Below, one piece after another: positions 30,189 to 38,710 of a DNA stretch of 64,000 bases. Source of the stretch: Candidatus Hydrogenedentota bacterium (GTDB taxonomy: Bacteria > Hydrogenedentota > Hydrogenedentia > Hydrogenedentales > SLHB01). The position numbers and the translations under genes are program-made. Location: assembly GCA_052033955.1 (NCBI GenBank), contig JBPOJD010000023.1:1602-65601 (forward strand), given 5' to 3'. Every line of letters starts with the position of its first letter. Position 1 is the stretch's first letter. The notes under the pieces were generated by a model. It worked only from the letters and a program-made list of their open reading frames with translations, made no database searches and was not told the origin of the DNA.

Positions 30189-33100
30189 TCCCCGGCTGAG
30201 CGGGCTCAAGGATGGACCGCAGCACCTTGGCCATGGTCGCCCGGGTAAACGGCTTCTGCACGAACGCGGCAAACCCCCACTGGGCCGCGCTGTCGGCATC
30301 GACGAATTCGCTGAAGCCCGTGATCAGCACCACAGGCGTCCCCGGATGTCGTGCCGTCACCTCCGCCGCCAACTGCGCGCCGGTCATGTCGGGCATGGCA
30401 TGGTCGGTGATGATGAGGTCGAAATTCCCGGGGCACTCGCAGAAGGCCGCCAGCGCGCTCTTGCTGCTGGACATCGCCGTAACCTGATATCCGAGACGGG
30501 TCAGCATCTGGCGCGAAAACTCGAGAATGGCCTGCTCGTCGTCCACCAGCAGCAGCCGTTCACCGCGACCGCGCGGCACCTCATCGGCCACCGCCTTGCC
30601 GGCAACGGCGCTTTCCTGCGCCTGGGGAATGTAGACCTGGAAGGTCGTTCCCTTCCCCACCTCGCTGCGCACCACAATGTCGCCGCCGAGGTTCATGACG
30701 ATCCCATGAACCGTCGCCAACCCGAGTCCGGTCCCCTTGCCCATCTCCTTGGTCGTGAAGAACGGGTCGAAGATGCGCTCGAGCGTGGCGGCGTCCATGC
30801 CGTGGCCCGTATCACGCACCGAGAGACACGCGTAGGTCGCGCCGGTCTTGAGGCGCGGATGGCCCGCCGCCAGGTCCGCCGGGATCTGCTCCGCGGTCAG
30901 CGATACCTCGAGCTGGCCACCGGACACCTCCATGGCGTGATAGGCATTGGTACACAGGTTCATCACCACCTGGTGCAGAAGCGTTGAATCGGCCAGCACG
31001 ATGCCGGTCTCATCGTCGATGTGCCCGGAAATCTCGATGGTGGGCGGTATCGTGGCCCGCAGCAGGCGTAGTGCCTCGCGAACCACCGCGCCCATTCGCA
31101 CGGGCGTCTGTTCGGCCTCGGCCTGCCGGCTGAAGGTGAGAATCTGGTGCACCAGGTCCTTGGCGCGGCTTGCCGCCCGGATGACTTCGTCCACGTTGTC
31201 CCGCATCTCGCTTTCGGCAGGCATTTGGTCCCGCACCAGTTCGCTGAAACCAAGTATGGGCGAAAGAATGTTGTTGAAGTCGTGCGCGATACCCCCCGCC
31301 AAGGTGCCGATGGCCTCGAGCTTCTGGCTCTGGCGCAGCCGGGCCTCCATGCGCACCTCGCGCGTCACGTCGCGCGCCACCGCCACATAGTTGATAATGT
31401 GCCCGTCGTCGCGATCGCGCACCGGCGAGATTGTGCTCTCCTGCTCGTAAAGGGTGCCGTCCTTCTTCTTGTTCGTGCTGCGCCCGGTCCACACCCGGCC
31501 CTGCGAGATGATGTGCCACATGCGATCGTAGAACGCCGCGGGATGCCGCCCGCTCTTCAGGATGCGGGGCGTCTGGCCAATCGCCTCGTCGCGGGTATAC
31601 CCGGTGCACCGCTCAAAGGCGGGATTGACGTACTGGATGACGCCCTCGACGTCGGTGATGAGGATCAGCTCGCCGGCCTGCTCGACCGCCATGGCCAGGC
31701 GCCGCATCTTCTCCTCCGTCGCCTGACGCTCGCTGACATCGCGGACCGTCTCGAGCAGACAGTCCCGGCCGCCGATGGCCACGCGCTGGAGGGTGACCTC
31801 GGTGAGGAAGGAAGTGCCGTCGCGCCGCAACGCGAACAGCTCGGTCATCTGCGGTTTCGTCCGCGCCCGTTCGAGCACGTCCGCATAGGCACGCCGGTCC
31901 ACGTACGGCACGCCGCCCGGCTGGCCGCCGCCCGCGGGCTGGACAATATCGCAGCGGCGCAGCCCGAAGAGTTCGGTCAACTGTTCGTTGGCGTCCACAA
32001 TGGCGCCCGTCCCCAGGTCACGCACCACGATGGCGTCGCTCACACCATTGACGATCGAGCGGTAGCTCTTCTCCGATTCGCGCAGCGCCCGCGCCTTTCC
32101 AAAGATGCCGTAGCCCAGCGCCAACGCCAGCCCAAGCAGGGCTGCCACCGGGACATAGAACTCGGGCCGGGCATACAGCGGCGACAGCACCGCCAGCTCG
32201 ACACGCGCCGGGGTCGCGTCAACATCGCGGTCCTTGTCCGCGGCACGGACCTCGAAGACATACCGTCCCGGCGAAAGGGGCGGCGTCGCCACCGTATGCA
32301 CGGGACTGAAGGGTCGCCAGTCCACGGCGGGATCCCCGTCATCGAGCGAGACGATCCGCCACGAATACTCGAGATCCTTTTCCTGGGTGGTATTCCACGC
32401 ATCATAGCCTCTGAACGAGAACACGCCCGTGCCGTTGTGGTCGATTGTCTCGGGACCGGCCGTGATCTGGGTGTCCGGCGCGCCGCCCGCCGGATAGTAG
32501 CGGTACAGGCCGTAGAAACGCGTGGCGATCCACATGGTCCCCGCGGGGTACTCGCCTATGGCCACGATCCGGTCGTTCGGCAGGCCGTCCGCGTGCGAAA
32601 AGCTCACCCACCGGTCATCCCGGTACGAGCTGACCCCCTTATGTTCCGACCCAACCCACATGGTCCCGTCAACACTCTCATAGAACCCCACGAGACGGTC
32701 GCTCACCAGCCCCTGACGGGTCGTGACGATGGCCGCCGACTCGGGGTTGTAGATGAACAGGCCCCGCGTCCCCATCCAGTATTCGCCGGTGCTGCGCTCG
32801 ACAGCCCCGGCCAGGCCGTGGAATACCGGTACTTCGTTCGGACCCAGTTGCAGCGCCACCTCGCCGTCCCGCCACAGCTCCACAACACTGGGATGGCATG
32901 CCAGGATATCGCCCGCGGCCGTCTCGAACAGCGAACGGACCTCCTCCTCGGGCCGCGAGACGGGGTACCGCACCCACTCACTGCCCTCGCGACGGAACGC
33001 GCCCCGTGTGCCGTACACAAACAGCTCGCCAGTGCGGGTCTGCAACACGCCGAGAGGCCGCATGTCCGGCAAGAGGATGGTATCGCGCACCGCCTCGGCG

Positions 33101-34323
33101 GTCAGGTCGCATACATGGACGTGATCGCCGTCGATCACATGGAACACGCCGTCCTTGGGGCGTGACATGCTCTGGAACGCCGACGGGAGGCCCGGAAGCT
33201 GAATGAGGGATTGCCAATGGCCGTCCCGGTACTGCACCACCTGATTCAAGCTGTTGACGGCGAGCGGCGCCACCTCGGGATCGGCATAGAAGGCGTGACC
33301 GTCGGTCAGCCCCGGGCCGCTGTGGCTGACCCACTGCCACGTGGGCCGCTGAAGACGGACAATGCCTTCCTTGGTTCCCACCCAGGCCTGGCCGTCCGAA
33401 AGAAACCGCACCACGCGAATCAGGGGCGTCCCGACGGTCTGCGGGGCCTGCACCGGCAACCACTGGGCGCCATCCCAGTGCTGGAGCCCCCACGGGGTGC
33501 CGCCAATCACATCGCCGCCAGGACCCGCCGCGATGCACAGGAAATCCTTGTCAAATACGGTGGCCTGCCACATACCGTCCTCGAGGCGGGCGTCCGCGCC
33601 GCTCCCGGCCACCCATATCCGGCCGCTCTCGTCCTGCGCCAGACTGCGGGTCCGGAAACACGGCAGCACTTCCTGCGGGATGTGCGACCACGCGCCATCG
33701 CGCAACACCCACAGTCCCGTGCGCTCCGTTGCCACCCAGATGGCACCGTCGCGAGCCTCCATCACGTCCCAGACGGATTCGCGCTCCCCGGTTCCCGAAG
33801 GCAGGACCTCATACCAGCGCCGCCCCGCCTCATCCGTGTACGCGACCTCGACCGGCAAATCCGTGTCTGTGCCGCTGTCGTCACAGGCGAATATCCCGCC
33901 GCCGTCCACGCCAAACCACACGTGCCCATTGGCCAGCCGCACGACGCACTGAGTATTTGTGTCCCGGAAAGGCAGAGTGCGGGAGTCGTAGGTCACGATG
34001 CGATCGCGGCCGATATGACTCGCCCCCAGCTCGGTGGCGACCCATACCCCACCGTCGCCAGCGGGCGCCAGGGACCGGACATAGTCGTGGACCAAGCCGT
34101 CTTCCGACGTGAACACCCGCCAGTCGGTCCCGCGGAGGCGGGCCACCCCGCCCCCCCAGCTCGTGAACCAGAGGCTCCCGTCGGCGGTCTCCGTGATATC
34201 GCGTACGTCTTCGAAGGGAAGGCCATCGGGCGGCTGGAACGGATGGACCACCCAGGGTTGCTGGGCGAAGACGGGCAAACCGAGCGCTAATAGGGCCACC
34301 AGGCGGCCCATCGTACTGATCAT
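30181..34323 (-). CDS. Hybrid sensor histidine kinase (periplasmic beta-propeller/Y_Y_Y-type sensor, TM, 2 PAS, HisKA, HATPase, REC)
   Basis: A signal peptide is followed by ~700 aa of repeats with W/G-rich propeller signatures. Motifs seen: H-box (GGIAHDFNNIL), G-boxes (DTGHGMD..., GKGTGLGLATV) and REC (LLLVDDE...ITDHAMPDMTG). Confidence 0.88.
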   Translation of the reverse strand: MISTMGRLVALLALGLPVFAQQPWVVHPFQPPDGLPFEDVRDITETADGSLWFTSWGGGVARLRGTDWRVFTSEDGLVHDYVRSLAPAGDGGVWVATELGASHIGRDRIVTYDSRTLPFRDTNTQCVVRLANGHVWFGVDGGGIFACDDSGTDTDLPVEVAYTDEAGRRWYEVLPSGTGERESVWDVMEARDGAIWVATERTGLWVLRDGAWSHIPQEVLPCFRTRSLAQDESGRIWVAGSGADARLEDGMWQATVFDKDFLCIAAGPGGDVIGGTPWGLQHWDGAQWLPVQAPQTVGTPLIRVVRFLSDGQAWVGTKEGIVRLQRPTWQWVSHSGPGLTDGHAFYADPEVAPLAVNSLNQVVQYRDGHWQSLIQLPGLPSAFQSMSRPKDGVFHVIDGDHVHVCDLTAEAVRDTILLPDMRPLGVLQTRTGELFVYGTRGAFRREGSEWVRYPVSRPEEEVRSLFETAAGDILACHPSVVELWRDGEVALQLGPNEVPVFHGLAGAVERSTGEYWMGTRGLFIYNPESAAIVTTRQGLVSDRLVGFYESVDGTMWVGSEHKGVSSYRDDRWVSFSHADGLPNDRIVAIGEYPAGTMWIATRFYGLYRYYPAGGAPDTQITAGPETIDHNGTGVFSFRGYDAWNTTQEKDLEYSWRIVSLDDGDPAVDWRPFSPVHTVATPPLSPGRYVFEVRAADKDRDVDATPARVELAVLSPLYARPEFYVPVAALLGLALALGYGIFGKARALRESEKSYRSIVNGVSDAIVVRDLGTGAIVDANEQLTELFGLRRCDIVQPAGGGQPGGVPYVDRRAYADVLERARTKPQMTELFALRRDGTSFLTEVTLQRVAIGGRDCLLETVRDVSERQATEEKMRRLAMAVEQAGELILITDVEGVIQYVNPAFERCTGYTRDEAIGQTPRILKSGRHPAAFYDRMWHIISQGRVWTGRSTNKKKDGTLYEQESTISPVRDRDDGHIINYVAVARDVTREVRMEARLRQSQKLEAIGTLAGGIAHDFNNILSPILGFSELVRDQMPAESEMRDNVDEVIRAASRAKDLVHQILTFSRQAEAEQTPVRMGAVVREALRLLRATIPPTIEISGHIDDETGIVLADSTLLHQVVMNLCTNAYHAMEVSGGQLEVSLTAEQIPADLAAGHPRLKTGATYACLSVRDTGHGMDAATLERIFDPFFTTKEMGKGTGLGLATVHGIVMNLGGDIVVRSEVGKGTTFQVYIPQAQESAVAGKAVADEVPRGRGERLLLVDDEQAILEFSRQMLTRLGYQVTAMSSSKSALAAFCECPGNFDLIITDHAMPDMTGAQLAAEVTARHPGTPVVLITGFSEFVDADSAAQWGFAAFVQKPFTRATMAKVLRSILEPAQPGIR

Positions 34324-34424
34324 GACGCAGTCCTTGCGTGGGCGGCCCCTGGGTCAGGGATTCCCCCACCTCGTTGGTCTGCAGTGTACCATCTGTCTCT
34401 AAAAAAGGAAAGCTGCGAATAGAT

Positions 34425-35162
34425 TTATTTGTGGAATACTGCGATAAAATCCGTGCTCTGCACCCCGTCAAACGGGGTCCGGTCGAAATCTCCCCACACG
34501 CCGCCGCAATGCATACCCGCCGATGCCGCAGACCGGTCCAGGTCTCCGGGCGACCAATGGCTCAGCACGGCCGTGTCCGTGGCCGTCTGGCGCACGCCGG
34601 ACTGGTCCCCGGCGAAGAACGCGAGCGAGAGCAACGTGCGGCCGGCGTGCGGCACGAGGCTCTTGACGGCCACCAGCCAGCCGTCGTCGAGGTCCTTTCG
34701 CTCGACCCGGTGGCGCGGCGCCTGCGCGCCCGGCGCGGCGGTGTTGACCAGCTGGACCAGGAAACGCCCCCCGGGTGCGAGCGCTGCCGCAACCCGTGCA
34801 AACACGGCGTCGAGGTCTTCCCCGGACGGCAGCAGCGCGAGGGAGTTCCCGAGACACACGGCCAGGTCCCACGGACCGCAAACAACCGCGCGCATATCGC
34901 CGACGCCGTAGGTGATGGCGGGATGCGGCCGCAGCGCCCGCGCGTGGCGGATCATGGCCTCGCTGGCATCCAGTGCGGTGACCAGCGCGCCCTGTTCGGC
35001 GAAAAAATGCGCGTGCAGCCCGGTGCCGCAGGCCAGGTCGAGCACGCGGCGGCCCGGGGCCTGCGCGAGGCATTCAGACAACAGCGGCCCCTCTCGTTCG
35101 AGACGGGCCGCCGCATTGGTCAGTATCTCGTAATACGCCGCGATGTTCTCAAAGGACTGCAT
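34425..35162 (-). CDS. Class I SAM-dependent methyltransferase
   Basis: Motif I is present (RVLDLACGTGLHAHFF), followed by ...LDASEAMI. The start lies 9 nt downstream of the nrfA stop. Confidence 0.8.
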   Translation of the reverse strand: MQSFENIAAYYEILTNAAARLEREGPLLSECLAQAPGRRVLDLACGTGLHAHFFAEQGALVTALDASEAMIRHARALRPHPAITYGVGDMRAVVCGPWDLAVCLGNSLALLPSGEDLDAVFARVAAALAPGGRFLVQLVNTAAPGAQAPRHRVERKDLDDGWLVAVKSLVPHAGRTLLSLAFFAGDQSGVRQTATDTAVLSHWSPGDLDRSAASAGMHCGGVWGDFDRTPFDGVQSTDFIAVFHK

Positions 35163-35171
35163 GCGTTGGCG

Positions 35172-36647
35172 CTACTGCCTCCTGCCCTCCGAGGCCAATT
35201 CCACCCACGAGGGGATCAGCTCGTACAACTGGTCGTCGCTCCAGCCTTCGCCAGACTTGACCGGCGTCTGACCCGCCAGCGCCATCTGCCCCAGGCGGAA
35301 CTCCTCGAGGGACTGAAACAGAATCCGGGCGGACTCCTGCGGGGCATGGAAGCCCATCGAGTTCTCGGCCTCGACGAAGTCCAGCAGGAAGGTTCCCCGG
35401 CGCTGGTGCGACCGCGCGGCCGCGAGGCGCTCCTCGGGGGCGCCGGCGGCCTGGGCCTCGGTAATCGAGGTCACGAGTCCAACCATGGCGTCCATCGAAT
35501 GATCGCGCATGGACATCGTGCGCGCCTGGATCCCTTCGGCCCGGGCCTTCAGCTCGGCCTCGGGGACGTTGTGGCACGTCTGACAGGCGTTGGCGATGTT
35601 GAGCAGCGGACTGCGCACATGGTGATCGCTGATCTTCATGGCGCCGACGCGCTTGTAGGGCATGTGACAGTCCGCGCACGCCACCCCGGCACGGGCGTGA
35701 ATGCCCTGGTTCCACATCTCGAACTCGGGGTGCTGCGCCTTGAGCATCGGCGCGCCGGTATCGGCATGCGTCCAGTCCGCGAAACCGGTCTGTTCGTAAT
35801 AGGACAGAATCTGGTCGGCCTTGAGGCCGTTCATCCACGGATAGGTCAGCCGCTTCTCATCGCCCTTGAAGTAGTACTCGACATGGCACTGCCCGCACAC
35901 AAAGGACCGCATCTCCTGGCGGGTGGCCATCGTGTTGACGTCGTAGTTGTCGATGCCCTGGGCCGCCTTGACGGCACGGATGCCTTCGATGAACCCGGGA
36001 CGCGTCACGCGAAGCTGCATCGTGTCGGGATCGTGGCAGTCGATGCACGCGATCGGATGGTCAACGTGCTGCCGGGCCTCTTCATACGGCAACGGGTTCA
36101 GCTTCTCGAATCCCTTGATCAGATCGCCGTCGCCTGCCTTCATGTACGGCACATACACCGAGGCGTGACAGTGCAGACAGGCCCCGGGCTGCGGTTTCGC
36201 ATGCCGTCCCGTGAACAACTGGTCCTCGAGCATGTACGCGTGCCCGCGCTCCTCGCGGAAATCCAGCGCGAAGGCGTAGCCCGCCCACATGGTCTTGAGC
36301 CGCGGATCCTCTTCGAGCTTGGATTGCGTGACCACGGTGCGCGGGTCATCGCTGGTGGGCGTGCGCGGCATCGACTCGCTGCCGCCGAAGCGCGTGCGCT
36401 TCATGTCCACCGTGCGGCTGTACGAGTCATATTGCAGCGGGAAGTTCTTCCCCCAGACCGCCGGGTCGGTGGTCTCGTCATCCAGCTCGACCACCCGGAA
36501 GAACGGGTTGCGCGCTTCCTGCTTACGCTCGAAGATGTTCACGAGCAGCGCGGTCACGCCAAAGGCTACCAGCGCCGCGACGATCGTCGCCGCGAAGGCA
36601 TACCCTGCCCAGTGTCTCCCCGAACGGTTCTTCTTTCCTGGCGCCAC
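35172..36647 (-). CDS. nrfA: Pentahaem cytochrome c nitrite reductase (ammonia-forming) NrfA, all-CXXCH type
   Basis: Five haem motifs are present: CLHCH, CIDCH, CGQCH, CADCH and CQTCH. The surrounding sequence is NrfA-like (NPFFRVVELDDET, WAGYAFA, YPWMNG). The preferred start is GTG 36647, behind CAGGAGGGA. The track start is GTG 36671. Confidence 0.85.
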   Translation of the reverse strand: MAPGKKNRSGRHWAGYAFAATIVAALVAFGVTALLVNIFERKQEARNPFFRVVELDDETTDPAVWGKNFPLQYDSYSRTVDMKRTRFGGSESMPRTPTSDDPRTVVTQSKLEEDPRLKTMWAGYAFALDFREERGHAYMLEDQLFTGRHAKPQPGACLHCHASVYVPYMKAGDGDLIKGFEKLNPLPYEEARQHVDHPIACIDCHDPDTMQLRVTRPGFIEGIRAVKAAQGIDNYDVNTMATRQEMRSFVCGQCHVEYYFKGDEKRLTYPWMNGLKADQILSYYEQTGFADWTHADTGAPMLKAQHPEFEMWNQGIHARAGVACADCHMPYKRVGAMKISDHHVRSPLLNIANACQTCHNVPEAELKARAEGIQARTMSMRDHSMDAMVGLVTSITEAQAAGAPEERLAAARSHQRRGTFLLDFVEAENSMGFHAPQESARILFQSLEEFRLGQMALAGQTPVKSGEGWSDDQLYELIPSWVELASEGRRQ

Positions 36648-36680
36648 GTCATGTCCCTCCTGGTCTGACACGTGTTTCGT

Positions 36681-37160
36681 TTAGTTCGCGTGGCCCACGC
36701 TATCGTGGCAGCGGATGCAGGACATCCCGCCCTCATAGTGCGTGCCGAATTCTATCGCTTCCACCACAGGCTGGTGGCACGCCCGGCAGGCCCCCTCGGT
36801 CACGCGCTCATTGCGCGGGGTGATCTGGATGGGCTCATGAAAATTGCCCGTCGTGAAGGCCAGCGAGTGGTAGTATCCGTTGATGCCTTTGGTCAGGTAC
36901 TTGCCGAAGAAATTGTGCGGCGTATGGCAATCGTTGCAGGTGGCCACGTTGCGGTGACTCCCCTTCATCCAGGCGGCGTAATGGCCGTCCATGACGTGGC
37001 AATTGGCGCAGGCCGCCGGGTCGTTGGTCATGTACGAGGCCCCTTTGGCGTAGATGAAGGTATAGGATCCGATACCCGCCAGGACCCCGACGGCCAGCCC
37101 CATGGCTATCGCCGCCGCGACCAGCGCCACGCCCCGCTCCGATTTGCCGGACCGGCTCAT
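36681..37160 (-). CDS. nrfH: Tetrahaem NapC/NirT-family quinol dehydrogenase NrfH
   Basis: ATG at 37160 (ATGA overlap with the upstream gene). An N-terminal TM is followed by four haem motifs: CANCH, CNDCH, CRACH and CIRCH. Confidence 0.85.
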   Translation of the reverse strand: MSRSGKSERGVALVAAAIAMGLAVGVLAGIGSYTFIYAKGASYMTNDPAACANCHVMDGHYAAWMKGSHRNVATCNDCHTPHNFFGKYLTKGINGYYHSLAFTTGNFHEPIQITPRNERVTEGACRACHQPVVEAIEFGTHYEGGMSCIRCHDSVGHAN

Positions 37161-37885
37161 GCCACCAGGGCTTTCCGCTGCATGATCTCTCCTTCCAGGC
37201 TGATCACCACTTTCTCGACGGGAACGCTCTTGCCTGCCATCTCCAGGGCCTTCTGCACCACGACGGGCAGACTCTGGCAACAGGGCACCTGCATGACCGC
37301 CACGGTCACACTGCGCACCTCTACCTTGCCAAAGATCTCGGCGAATTTCAAAAGATAGCTCTGCAGGTCATCGAACTTCGGGCATCCGATCATCACCTTG
37401 CGGCCTTGCAGCAGCTCGCGGTGGAAGTCCGGATACGCCACTGGCACGCAGTCCGCCGCCACCAGCAGGTCAGCGGCCTCCAGAAACGGCGCATGCGGCG
37501 GCACCAGCCCGATCTGAACGGGCCAGTGCGTCAACTCCGAAGGCGATGCTTCGGATCCGGCGTAAGCGTGCGCGTGCGGACGTGACGGCCCGGCGAACTG
37601 CTGCATCCGCGCACCGGGACATCCCGCGTGCACTGGACGCTGCGCCGCAAGGTGCGCCGCTACGGCTTCCTCGTCAAAGGCGGCGGCTTCGCGCTCCACC
37701 ACCTGGAGCGCCCCCGTCGGACAATGCCCCAGGCACGCGCCCAGTCCGTCGCAATAGCGATCCGCCACAAGCTTGGCCTTCCCGTTGACGATCTGAATCG
37801 CGCCCTCGGCGCAGGACGGCACGCACTGGCCGCACCCGTTGCACAGGGCTTCGTTAATCTCGATAATCTTGCGCGTCGCGTTCAT
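37157..37885 (-). CDS. 4Fe-4S dicluster ferredoxin-domain protein with a C-terminal domain of unknown function (tentatively the hcp-associated FrdX type)
   Basis: The N-terminus has CNGCGQCVPSCAEGAI...CDGLGACLGHCP. The C-terminal ~130 aa include MIGCPKFDD and QVPCC. GAGGAGG Shine-Dalgarno. Confidence 0.7.
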   Translation of the reverse strand: MNATRKIIEINEALCNGCGQCVPSCAEGAIQIVNGKAKLVADRYCDGLGACLGHCPTGALQVVEREAAAFDEEAVAAHLAAQRPVHAGCPGARMQQFAGPSRPHAHAYAGSEASPSELTHWPVQIGLVPPHAPFLEAADLLVAADCVPVAYPDFHRELLQGRKVMIGCPKFDDLQSYLLKFAEIFGKVEVRSVTVAVMQVPCCQSLPVVVQKALEMAGKSVPVEKVVISLEGEIMQRKALVA

Positions 37886-37970
37886 GGTGACCTCCTCTGA
37901 AGAACCTTCCGTGGAGCCGCGCGGGCGGCTTCGCTGTGCTATACTCTGCCCGAATCAGCCATCCCGCGCC

Positions 37971-37984
37971 TTGATCTGCATCAA
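37971..37984. promoter_or_regulatory. Perfect FNR/CRP-type palindrome TTGAT-CTGC-ATCAA
   Basis: This is an exact match to TTGAT-N4-ATCAA in the divergent intergenic region. Its centre is ~92 nt upstream of the ferredoxin-nrfHA start, and its last base is 14 nt upstream of the regulator start. Confidence 0.75.
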
Positions 37985-37998
37985 TTAAGGAATGGAAA

Positions 37999-38691
37999 GT
38001 GGAATCAGCGGCCGAGACCCTTGCCAAGACGCCTCTGTTTGCCGGTTTGGCCGCACCCGTGGTCAACGATCTCGCCGCCAAGGCCGAACAGCGCCGCGTC
38101 GAGCCAGGCGGAATCATTTTCTCCGAGGGCGACCCCGCCACGGGCTTTTTCGTGGTGGCCGAGGGCCGGGTGCGGGTCTACAAGGCCGCGCCGGACGGCC
38201 GGGAACAGACGCTCCACATCTTCGATGCGGGCCAGGCGGTGGGCGAGGCAGCGGTGTTTTCGGGCGGGGCCTTTCCAGCCCATGCCGTGGCCATCGAGGC
38301 CAGCACGCTGGTCCATCTGCCCCGCGAGAGCTTTCTGGCGGTCATTCGCGCGCACCCCGAGGTCGCGATGGACCTGCTCGGGTTGATGGCCCGCCGCCTG
38401 ATGCGCTTCGCGTCGATGATCGAGACCTTGAGCCTCAAGGAAGCCCCGGCACGCCTGGCGGCCTACCTGCTGTATCTGTCGCAGAAACAGGCCAATACGG
38501 ACAACGTCGAGCTGGATATCAGCAAGAATCAGTTGGCGGGGATACTGGGCACCACGCCCGAGACCTTGAGCCGGACCCTGTCGCGCCTGACGCGCGAGGG
38601 GGCGATTGTGCAACGTGACGGCCGCCGGATCACCATCCAAGACCGGCCCTTGCTCGTTGCGGTAAGCGAAGGCGAGCGGCGGCCCGGATAG
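37999..38691 (+). CDS. Crp/Fnr-family transcriptional regulator, cysteine-free (Dnr/NnrR/HcpR-like rather than oxygen-sensing FNR)
   Basis: A cNMP-binding-like beta-roll is present (GGIIFSEGDPATGFFVVAEGRVRVY). The HTH carries the E--SR recognition motif (TPETLSRTLSRL). The 230-aa translation has no Cys. GTG start. Confidence 0.85.
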   Translation: MESAAETLAKTPLFAGLAAPVVNDLAAKAEQRRVEPGGIIFSEGDPATGFFVVAEGRVRVYKAAPDGREQTLHIFDAGQAVGEAAVFSGGAFPAHAVAIEASTLVHLPRESFLAVIRAHPEVAMDLLGLMARRLMRFASMIETLSLKEAPARLAAYLLYLSQKQANTDNVELDISKNQLAGILGTTPETLSRTLSRLTREGAIVQRDGRRITIQDRPLLVAVSEGERRPG

Positions 38692-38710
38692 CCGCCGCCC
38701 GCCCTGAGAA

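Noticed and set aside
31147-33165. A 672-aa plus-strand ORF antisense to the hybrid kinase. Analogous long antisense ORFs lie at 363-1745, 18966-20387, 40152-41510, 41652-42923, 52517-54556 and 61645-63651.
   Set aside because: All are compositionally biased mirrors of strongly supported genes, and none has a recognisable motif.
34338-36668. A 776-aa plus-strand ORF antisense to the methyltransferase and nrfA
   Set aside because: Shadow ORF. NrfA on the opposite strand carries five haem motifs and conserved blocks.
37992-38618. The ATG-initiated 208-aa ORF in the frame next to the Crp/Fnr regulator
   Set aside because: It is an Arg/Gly/Pro-rich nonsense frame. The GTG-initiated frame at 37999 gives a complete cNMP-binding and HTH protein.
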